The notes: generated by a model not told the origin, from the sequence alone. 47,217 nt of DNA from Gemmatimonadota bacterium (GCA_022562295.1 JADFPO010000014.1:1-47217), one strand, 5' to 3'; shown: positions 36,566-43,434, numbered from the stretch's first letter. Numbers and translations are program-made.

Positions 36566-37891
36566 CTAATCGATCCGATCCGCCTCGATCAGCCGGTACA
36601 TGAGCAACGCGGCACGCTTCGTCTGCATCGCCAGCGTGGGGAGATCGATCCACTCGTTCACCGTGTGATCGTTTCCACCACCCGGACCGAGCCCGTCGAT
36701 TGCCATATCCACCAGGCCCGCAACGAACGAGACGTCGGCCGCGCCCGCGTTGCGGGGATCCACCGCCGTTACCGGACCAAACCCCAGATCTCGGCTCGCG
36801 TCATCGAACCGTGCGAGCAGCCGGCGGTTGCCGTCAGTCGGCGCCAGCGGTGGGTAACCGTCATCGAACGTGAGTACCGCCGAAGTCCCCGGAAGGTTCT
36901 GCCCCGCAATGAAGGTCATGCGCGCGCGCGCCGCCGCGAGTTGCTCGAGCGACAAGGTCCGTAGGTCGCCGGTGACGACGGCGTGCCCGGCAACGACGTT
37001 GCTCTTTCCAAACGCCGTGCCGCGGCTCTGGAACGTGTCGTAATCGACGTCCGTGCCGGCCAGCATGACGCCAGGGTTGAAGGTGAGATAAGGTTCACCC
37101 GCCAGGCTCTGATAGAACTGCCCGAGGATCCGAGAGGCCTCATACACCGCCCCGGCACCAACCTCGGGCTGAAACAGCTGCGACGAGTGGGCTGGCGTGC
37201 CCGTCACGTCGAGACGCCAGCCGGTGGAACCCCGACGCGCGACCACTGCCGTGCGCGGGTCGCTGTCGCCGTTCTCGAAGGCGATGGCGATGTCCGCGTC
37301 TACGGCAGCTTGGATGAGTGCCTCCCGCGCAAGATCGAGCGGACGTCCGCTCCGCTCCTCGTCGCCGGTCATCACGATCGTGATGGTCATGCCGTCGAGC
37401 ACACCGGCGGCATCGAGTGCCTTCAGTGCATGGACGATGACGACGTCCCCACCCTTCATGTCGACCACACCGGGACCGCCCGCCGTCGAATCGCCCCTCC
37501 GCTCGAACCGTTGGAACGGGCTGTCGAGTTCGAACACCGTGTCGAGATGGCCGATGAGGAGAAGATGGGGTCTGGTTCCCCCCCCCTCCCCCGTGCGCCG
37601 GGCGAGCAGGTGCCCCGCACGCTCGAACGACGCGCCGTCCACCCACTCGGTGGCAAACCCGAGCGCGTCGAACTCGGCGCTCAGTACGCGGCCAACCTCC
37701 CTCACGCCCGCGAAGTTCATCGTGCCACTGTTGATGTTGACAACCCGTTCGAGCAACGCCACGGCCTCGGCGACGTGGCTGTCGACTGCTTCGATGATGC
37801 GTCGCTCAACAGCGGGAAGGTCCTGTTGCACGGACGACACCGCGCCGAGCACGGGAGTGGGCAGCAACAGGATTGCCGCAATAGTCTTCAC
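36566..37891 (-). CDS. M20-family metallopeptidase (carboxypeptidase G2-like), secreted
   Basis: LLLIGHLDTVF, GPGVVDMKGG and TGDEE motifs. GTG at 37891 gives the signal peptide (M)KTIAAILLLPTPVLGAVSS. The longer track ORF would translate the heptad tract. Confidence 0.8.
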   Translation of the reverse strand: MKTIAAILLLPTPVLGAVSSVQQDLPAVERRIIEAVDSHVAEAVALLERVVNINSGTMNFAGVREVGRVLSAEFDALGFATEWVDGASFERAGHLLARRTGEGGGTRPHLLLIGHLDTVFELDSPFQRFERRGDSTAGGPGVVDMKGGDVVIVHALKALDAAGVLDGMTITIVMTGDEERSGRPLDLAREALIQAAVDADIAIAFENGDSDPRTAVVARRGSTGWRLDVTGTPAHSSQLFQPEVGAGAVYEASRILGQFYQSLAGEPYLTFNPGVMLAGTDVDYDTFQSRGTAFGKSNVVAGHAVVTGDLRTLSLEQLAAARARMTFIAGQNLPGTSAVLTFDDGYPPLAPTDGNRRLLARFDDASRDLGFGPVTAVDPRNAGAADVSFVAGLVDMAIDGLGPGGGNDHTVNEWIDLPTLAMQTKRAALLMYRLIEADRID

Positions 37892-37898
37892 ACGGCCT

Positions 37899-37947
37899 CC
37901 GATTTCCAATCTCCACTTTTCATTCTGCAATCTCCAATCTCCAATCT
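37899..37947 (-). repeat. seven phased heptads (minus sense AGATTGG type) filling the gap after the Gfo/Idh/MocA stop
   Basis: Plus strand reads ccgattt ccaatct ccacttt tcattct gcaatct ccaatct ccaatct. Stop TAG at 37948-37950. Confidence 0.9.
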
Positions 37948-39186
37948 CTACCGCCATTCCCCCTTTGCCACCGCCGGCACGAACGCATCGAGATCCGCCG
38001 GTGGAAAGTCGATGGTCCTCCCCTGCTCCGCGCTCATATAGGCCGTCATGAGAATCTGCATCACCTCGACACCGTCGTCGAACGTCAACGCGGGCTGTTG
38101 GTCGTTCAGAAACGCCTGCGTGAAGTGACGGTTCTCGGCTTCGTACCCGTATGCGGTCCACTCGTCGGGAATGACCGGCATGAGGCCCACCTCGGCATTC
38201 TGTTTCTCGACCAGGTCTTCACCGGCTTCGCCGGACACTTCACGACTAAAGAACAACTTGAGCCCGCTCTCCAACGTGTTCCACGACATCGAGTATTCCG
38301 GCCCGAGCAGCTCGGCGGAGAGCCGCAATCCAGCCCCGACAAAACACCACGACGTTGTGACCTCACCTAAGAGCGGTGTACCGTCTTCGGTAACGTACTC
38401 GATCGTCGCGCTCGCAAAATCCTCCGCGGGACGCTTTCCGTAATCGACTTCGTCACCCATCATCTGAGCGAGCTTCTCCACGTACTCCGGGCGTGTCCAC
38501 TTCAGACTCGCGATGCGGGCCGTCACTCTCACCGGCCGGATCGAGGAGCGAGGAGCGCCGGGTTCGGTCAGCAGATGGCGCACGACCTCGACGGAGTGAC
38601 ACATCATGTCGGTCAACACACCGCCACCCTGCAGGTCCGCGCGCCAGAACCACGGCATATGCGGACCGCTGTGTTCTTCCGCCGCACGAGCCAGGTATGG
38701 ACGTCCGGTCAACGCGGCGCCTCGCGCCCAAATCAGATCGCGTCCCCGCACGACGTGCGGCGTGAAGAGTTGGTTCTCCAAGTACCCGTGGCTCAGATCG
38801 GCACTCTTGACGAGTTCGGTTACCGTGCGCGCCTCCCCCACCGTTCGCGCAAGCGGCTTCTCGCACGCAATGCCCTTCAGCGACCCCCTCCCCGCCTTGA
38901 TGGCGTCCACGACCTCCTCGACGTTCTCGATTCGCGCGTGATTGGGTCCGCACAACCAGATCGCATCGATGCTCGGGTCATCGACCATGTCGGCGATGGA
39001 CGAATATGGCTTGGCTTCCCCGACATTGAGGGTGCGTGCAAGATCGGCAGCGTCGGCAGCGTTGGCAGCGTTGGGACTGAAGATCCCCCGCACGTCCGCG
39101 TCTCGCACGCCGATTAGGGATTGGATGTGAAATCGAGCGTTGAATCCGCTGCCGATGAAGCCGATGCCGAGTCGTGATCGGGGCAT
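37948..39186 (-). CDS. Gfo/Idh/MocA-family oxidoreductase (cytoplasmic type)
   Basis: LGIGFIGSGFNARFH Rossmann N-terminus, CEKPLA motif, 412 aa. Confidence 0.85.
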   Translation of the reverse strand: MPRSRLGIGFIGSGFNARFHIQSLIGVRDADVRGIFSPNAANAADAADLARTLNVGEAKPYSSIADMVDDPSIDAIWLCGPNHARIENVEEVVDAIKAGRGSLKGIACEKPLARTVGEARTVTELVKSADLSHGYLENQLFTPHVVRGRDLIWARGAALTGRPYLARAAEEHSGPHMPWFWRADLQGGGVLTDMMCHSVEVVRHLLTEPGAPRSSIRPVRVTARIASLKWTRPEYVEKLAQMMGDEVDYGKRPAEDFASATIEYVTEDGTPLLGEVTTSWCFVGAGLRLSAELLGPEYSMSWNTLESGLKLFFSREVSGEAGEDLVEKQNAEVGLMPVIPDEWTAYGYEAENRHFTQAFLNDQQPALTFDDGVEVMQILMTAYMSAEQGRTIDFPPADLDAFVPAVAKGEWR

Positions 39187-39195
39187 GATTTCTCT

Positions 39196-39265
39196 CTGTT
39201 GGCTATCAGCTATCAGCTATCAGCTGTGGTAACGGTTAGATCACTACTCACTACTCACTACTCAC
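39196..39265 (-). repeat. ten consecutive in-phase heptads occupying almost the whole intergenic gap
   Basis: Plus strand reads ctgttgg ctatcag x3 ctgtggt aacggtt agatcac tactcac x3. The upstream gene's stop (39258-39260) lies inside the last units. Confidence 0.92.
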
Positions 39266-39869
39266 GTTCCCCATAGCTCACCCCCAACTTCCGAAGTTGC
39301 TCCTCCGGACACCCATCCCACTCAGTTGCCACGTTGCCGAGATACTGTAGGTCCTCTACACCCATTCGGCTGGACCAAAAACCGCTCGCCGTCAAATCGC
39401 GAAAGGAGGTGAAGAACGCGACACCGTGGCTCAGCTCGGGCCGCGCTCGCTCCGGCCACGCCAGCTCGTCCAAAAGTTCGGTACGCTGCGCCTCGGTGCA
39501 CTCCACGAAGGTGCTCCCGAACCGCCGCTTGCACTGCACGTCGATCCACGCGAGACCACCCCTCATGGCTGTCTGCCGACCCTGTTGATCGGCCACAATG
39601 AAGTCCATGAACTCCGGCACACCGGCGTCGGTGGCGCTGCCGGACCGTTCGTCGCGCGGCAAGATGAGATTGACGAGGATTCGAACCGTCTCGTACTCGT
39701 GCGCTGTAAAGAATTGGGGCTCGAACTGGGCACCTGCACCCGCCGCCTTGCGTGTGGCGAGCACCGCACCGCGGGCGCGTTCCACCTCTTGTGGCGTCCA
39801 ATCGAACGCCATCGCCAGCGGGGCGGCGGCGAGGAGTCTCACCATCTCACGCCGCTGCATGTTGCGCAT
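39258..39869 (-). CDS. gluconate 2-dehydrogenase subunit 3-family small subunit with a Tat signal
   Basis: MQRREMVRLLAAAPLAMA twin-arginine leader. ~200 aa, immediately downstream of and overlapping (1 nt, TAATG) the GMC flavoprotein gene. Confidence 0.75.
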   Translation of the reverse strand: MRNMQRREMVRLLAAAPLAMAFDWTPQEVERARGAVLATRKAAGAGAQFEPQFFTAHEYETVRILVNLILPRDERSGSATDAGVPEFMDFIVADQQGRQTAMRGGLAWIDVQCKRRFGSTFVECTEAQRTELLDELAWPERARPELSHGVAFFTSFRDLTASGFWSSRMGVEDLQYLGNVATEWDGCPEEQLRKLGVSYGERE

Positions 39870-41572
39870 TAGAGGTTCCCTCCGTTTCGCTCGGCGGCGA
39901 TGAACTCACTGGTGCGCATCGCGAGCGCCAGGATCGTCCAGGTCGGGTTCTTGTCGGACTGCGACACGAAGGGTCCGCCGTCGGCAACGAACAGGTTCTT
40001 CACATCGTGCGCCTGGCAATTGCTATTGAGCACCGACGTAGCAGTACTGTTACCCATGCGAGTAACCCCCACCTCGTGAATGATGCGTCCGCCGGTCAGA
40101 ATCCCGTATCCACTCTCTCGTGTGGGCATGGGAGAAAACACTTCGCCTCCCATCTCGGCGATGATGGCGCGAAAAGTCTCCTGCATGTGTTTGACCTGGT
40201 TGTACTCGTGTTCGCTCCACTTGAAGTGAAAACGCAGCACCGGAATACCCCACTGATCCACGGTGCTGGGATCGATCTCGCAGTAACTGTCCTCGTTGGG
40301 AATCATCTCACCACGACCCGAAAAACCCACCGTCGCTCCGTAGTAGCGCCGGTAATCGTCTTTGAGTGACTTCCCGTAACCACCTCCCGTGGGATATCGA
40401 TGGATTCCGCCCATGAAGCCGTAACTCGGCATCCCGCGGCCGCCCCATGGTTCGATGTGGTAGCCGCGCGGGAAATCGAGCGTCGAGTTGTCCAACCACC
40501 ACGGCGTGTAAATGTGCATTCCCCCGGCGCCGTCTTCGTTGTGCGGAACGCCATCCATCAACTTGGGAATGAACCCGGCGACGTCGGAGCCGGTACTGTC
40601 GGTCAAATACTTGCCGACCGTCCCGCTCGAGTTGGCCAGGCCATCCGGAAACAGCGAAGACGTCGAGTTCAGCAACAGGCGCGCCGACTCGCAGGCGCTG
40701 GCCGCCAGCACTACGATGCGCGCACGTACGATTTCCTCACGTCCGGTCTTCTTGTCGATGTAGATCACCCCGCCAGCGAGCCCGTTTCGGTCGATGGTCA
40801 CTTCACGCACCATCGCATCCGTCACGAGTCTCAGCCTGCCGGTGTTCATGGCCGGGGGGATGAGGACGTTGGTAGACGAAAAGTTGGCATGGATACTGCA
40901 CCCGCGACCGCATTGACCACAGTAGTGGCATGCTGGCCTGCCGTTCAACGGTTGCGTGAGAACCGACCGCCTGGCCGGAATACAGGTAACCCCCAATTCG
41001 TCGCACGCGTCCTTGATGAGCAGCTCGTAACAACGGGGCTTTGGAGGAGGCTGGAAGAAACCGTCCGGCGCGTTGCGGAGCCCCTCGTTGGTACCGTGGA
41101 TTCCCACCATTCGATCTAGGATGTCGTAGTACGGCGCGATGTCGTCATAGCCGATGGGCCAATCGTCGCCGAGACCGTCTCGGCTGCGCGCCGTGAAATC
41201 GTCCGGCCCGTAGCGCAGCGAGATGCGCCCCCAGTGGTTCGTGCGTCCACCCAGCTGCCTGACGCGGAACCAATCGAAGCTATCTCCGGGCGCCCTCGTA
41301 TACGGCTCCCCGGGGAGCGACCAACCGCCGAGCCCCGCGTGGAACTCACCGAAGTTCCGCTCGGGCGTCGAGGCCCCCCGGCGTGGTGACTCGTATGCCC
41401 ACCTGAACATGGCCGAGTCCGTCGCGTTGTCCCACATGCGACCGGCTTCAAGCAGGATGACCTCGGCGCCGGCTTCGGTGAGCTGCTTGGCGGCCATGCC
41501 GCCGCCCGCGCCGGAGCCCACGATGCATACGTCGTACTGTTGCTGGCGTTTGAGGAAAAACATGAATTCCAC
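39869..41572 (-). CDS. GMC-family FAD-dependent oxidoreductase (large subunit)
   Basis: YDVCIVGSGAGGGMAAKQLTEAGAEVILLE FAD-binding motif. C-terminal GMC pattern ...HEVGVTRMG...NLFVADGGPF. Confidence 0.88.
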   Translation of the reverse strand: MEFMFFLKRQQQYDVCIVGSGAGGGMAAKQLTEAGAEVILLEAGRMWDNATDSAMFRWAYESPRRGASTPERNFGEFHAGLGGWSLPGEPYTRAPGDSFDWFRVRQLGGRTNHWGRISLRYGPDDFTARSRDGLGDDWPIGYDDIAPYYDILDRMVGIHGTNEGLRNAPDGFFQPPPKPRCYELLIKDACDELGVTCIPARRSVLTQPLNGRPACHYCGQCGRGCSIHANFSSTNVLIPPAMNTGRLRLVTDAMVREVTIDRNGLAGGVIYIDKKTGREEIVRARIVVLAASACESARLLLNSTSSLFPDGLANSSGTVGKYLTDSTGSDVAGFIPKLMDGVPHNEDGAGGMHIYTPWWLDNSTLDFPRGYHIEPWGGRGMPSYGFMGGIHRYPTGGGYGKSLKDDYRRYYGATVGFSGRGEMIPNEDSYCEIDPSTVDQWGIPVLRFHFKWSEHEYNQVKHMQETFRAIIAEMGGEVFSPMPTRESGYGILTGGRIIHEVGVTRMGNSTATSVLNSNCQAHDVKNLFVADGGPFVSQSDKNPTWTILALAMRTSEFIAAERNGGNL

Positions 41573-41638
41573 GCGTTCCCGGTTCGGGTCGTAATCTGGT
41601 GCAGGAACGGCGTTGGCGCGAGTCGAGGGTCGAGGTTT

Positions 41639-41684
41639 CTCGCGACTGAGAGTCGCGGCTCGGCTATCTGTCGCTGAAAGCGAC
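41639..41684 (+). repeat. full 46-nt two-hairpin repeat, 66 nt upstream of the GMC start (reverse orientation relative to that gene's strand)
   Basis: ctcgcgactgagagtcgcggctcggctatctgtcgctgaaagcgac. Hairpins CGCGACT-gag-AGTCGCG (41641-41657) and GTCGC-tgaaa-GCGAC (41670-41684). Confidence 0.85.
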
Positions 41685-41907
41685 GGCTGAGCATAACCCT
41701 GCCTCGCGCAGCCCCTTCAGCCATCAGTATCTTAACGCCTCCAGCATACGCGGAACGGCCCTTCCGTATTGTCTTGCTAGAATCCGTGGAAACCCGACCC
41801 CAGCAACCAGCCAAAACGACCACGGTCGTAGTCTTCCTCTGGCGTCCCACGCATTGAGCCGCTGGTAATTACGCAGACTGGGAACCACAAGGACGGCTCA
41901 AACGCCC

Positions 41908-42233
41908 ATGTCCCGGCCCTACAAAGCTGCGATCGCTTCCAGTGGGTTGACTATTTATGACCCCATCGAGATGGGACACCCCACTCTTTGGATTCCGTCG
42001 CGTGATCTACAAGAGCTTCTCAAGAACTCCCTTGCTGGAACATCGCTCGCCGGTCCCCAATCAGGACGCGCTCCAAGGTTGTAAAGACACTCGTAGCTCA
42101 AGCCCTTGGCTATCCAATACGCTCGAGCTTCCGGAAAACACAACCCCGTTTCCCGGGGCAAAACTTCGACACCTATGTCCAGAAATCCAATTATCTGCAG
42201 ATCTGGAACGAAGCCGCCTGTCACGACGGCTAA
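41908..42233 (+). pseudogene. frameshifted, 3'-truncated fragment of a conserved-looking gene (possibly nuclease/restriction-endonuclease-like) with lower GC
   Basis: Frame 1 (41908-42084) reads MSRPYKAAIASSGLTIYDPIEMGHPTLWIPSRDLQELLKNSLAGTSLAG...stop. The sense continues in another frame (42048-42233) as RRSPIRTRSKVVKTLVAQALGYPIRSSFRKTQPRFPGQNFDTYVQKSNYLQIWNEAACHDG-stop. Hand count is 150 G+C in 280 nt for 41951-42230. Confidence 0.5.
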
Positions 42234-42236
42234 AGC

Positions 42237-42267
42237 CGCGGCTCGGCTATCTGTCGCTGAAAGCGAC
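42237..42267 (+). repeat. 31-nt partial copy (second hairpin module) of the two-hairpin repeat, followed by a T5 run
   Basis: cgcggctcggctatctgtcgctgaaagcgac is identical to 41654-41684. Followed by ctttttg. Confidence 0.85.
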
Positions 42268-42301
42268 CTTTTTGTTCAGTCGCCTTGGTGACGGTCGGAG
42301 C

Positions 42302-42325
42302 GCCGAGCCGTGGGTTTACCCGTGG
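42302..42325 (-). repeat. reverse-orientation variant module (CACGGGTAAACCCACGGCTCGGC)
   Basis: The reverse complement of gccgagccgtgggtttacccgtgg resembles 33672-33692 (ctgcgggtaaacccgcggctcg). Confidence 0.55.
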
Positions 42326-42362
42326 TGATCCCGTGCGGGGCCCCCGTTACGACAGTTGAAGC

Positions 42363-42393
42363 CGCCCCTCGGCTATCTGTCGCTGAAAGCGAC
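42363..42393 (+). repeat. 31-nt partial copy of the two-hairpin repeat
   Basis: cgcccctcggctatctgtcgctgaaagcgac. Three mismatches to 42237-42267, all in the first 6 nt. Confidence 0.85.
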
Positions 42394-42422
42394 GACGAAG
42401 CTGAGCGTGCGTCGATGGAAGT

Positions 42423-42440
42423 CCCGCCCTGAAGGGCGGG
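42423..42440. terminator. GC hairpin CCCGCCC-tgaa-GGGCGGG downstream of the isomerase gene
   Basis: Perfect 7-bp stem with a GNRA-like 4-nt loop, about 70 nt after the stop at 42510 (minus). No U-tract on either strand. Confidence 0.4.
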
Positions 42441-42453
42441 CTCCCCCGCAACA

Positions 42454-42509
42454 TCAACACCCGACACCCGACACCTGACACCTATCCCCCATCCCCTATC
42501 CCCCATCCC
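42454..42509 (-). repeat. eight phased heptads of two families (minus sense GGGATRG x4 then GTGTCRG x3-4) abutting the isomerase stop
   Basis: Plus strand reads tcaacac ccgacac ccgacac ctgacac ctatccc ccatccc ctatccc ccatccc. Stop TAG at 42510-42512. Confidence 0.92.
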
Positions 42510-43361
42510 CTAAAACCTCAATCCCTCGAGATACTCATAACTCACCCTTATCGACTCAAACTGCTCCGCCGGCCGATCGTGTTCCACGAAAAAGTGTCGG
42601 ATCCCTGCGCTCTCGCGCTCGGCGAAGATCGCCGCGAAGTCGATGCTTCCCTGCCCTACATCCACCATGGCACCGTTCGGCAAGCCATCCATGTCCTTCA
42701 CGTGCACCGACGGAAACCGTCCCGGATACCGCGAAAAATATTCCAACGGATCACGGCCACCCCGGATGATCCAAAAGAGGTCCATCTGTAGCAACACGTG
42801 CTGGCTATCGCTTTCGGCAATCAGCACGTCGTAGGGGACTTGGCCCTCGAGAAGCGCGAATTCCGCAGCGTGATTGTGATAGCCGAACGAGATTCCCGCC
42901 TCTCGCGCCCGCTCCCCGGCTCTATTGAACACGTCCGCCACTCGCTGGTACCCCGCAATGGACTCGGTCACCGACCGGGGCAGACCGGGGCAGATCAGGT
43001 AGTCGTGCCCGACCACGTTGGCGGTCTCGAGGATGGGTCCCCAGTCGTCACCCAGTACCTCATAGGAGACATGCGCAGAAGGCGCGCGCAACCCTACGTC
43101 ATCGAGCACCGCGCGTACGGCCGCAGGGGGCCGGCCGAAATAGCCGGCAAATTCGACCTCGGCGTACCCGATTGCGGCTACACGCCGCAGCGTCCCCTCG
43201 AAGTCATCCCCCATGGCCTGGCGCACGGTGTAGAGTTGGACGCCAATCCGATCCAGGGTTCCCGCGGCCCTGGTCGTAGCACCCCGAGCGTCACAGGCTA
43301 GACCCGCTGCCCCGAGGGCACCGGCGCTCAACGTCTTGAGGAACGTGCGACGATCCGACAT
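42510..43361 (-). CDS. sugar phosphate isomerase/epimerase (xylose-isomerase-like TIM barrel) with a Tat signal
   Basis: MSDRRTFLKTLSAGALGAAGLA twin-arginine leader. IGVQLYTV, GYAEVEF and FGYHNH patterns of the AP-endonuclease-2/XI-like TIM family. Confidence 0.8.
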   Translation of the reverse strand: MSDRRTFLKTLSAGALGAAGLACDARGATTRAAGTLDRIGVQLYTVRQAMGDDFEGTLRRVAAIGYAEVEFAGYFGRPPAAVRAVLDDVGLRAPSAHVSYEVLGDDWGPILETANVVGHDYLICPGLPRSVTESIAGYQRVADVFNRAGERAREAGISFGYHNHAAEFALLEGQVPYDVLIAESDSQHVLLQMDLFWIIRGGRDPLEYFSRYPGRFPSVHVKDMDGLPNGAMVDVGQGSIDFAAIFAERESAGIRHFFVEHDRPAEQFESIRVSYEYLEGLRF

Positions 43362-43406
43362 TGTGGAGACTCGCTAGAGTTTGTGTTTGACGAGCGCTAC
43401 CTGCCC

Positions 43407-43434
43407 CGGCGACCGGTGACGGGTGGACGGTGAC
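43407..43434. repeat. four phased heptads CGGCGAC CGGTGAC GGGTGGA CGGTGAC
   Basis: Read directly. Lies between the macro-like gene stop (43519) and the isomerase start (43361). Confidence 0.7.

Noticed and set aside
37892-38161. Long N-terminal extension of the M20 peptidase ORF (track start 38161, or ATG 37957)
   Set aside because: The extension overlaps the upstream gene and would translate the heptad tract (MAVEIGDWRLQNEKWRLEIGG). The GTG at 37891 yields a normal signal peptide.
41639-42393. CRISPR array formed by the repeated cggctcggctatctgtcgctgaaagcgac units
   Set aside because: There are only three same-orientation copies. Their start-to-start spacing is irregular (about 598 and 126 nt). 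The repeats are internally palindromic with two hairpins. A related copy occurs 8 kb away in the opposite orientation. No cas genes are present in the window.
41639-42393. Integron attC sites or a CALIN cassette array around the truncated gene fragment
   Set aside because: I could not find RYYYAAC / GTTRRRY core sites flanking the repeats. The repeat architecture (two independent short hairpins) does not match the attC R''-L''/L'-R' layout. The only tyrosine recombinase in the window (4301..5218) looks like XerC/D and is 37 kb away.
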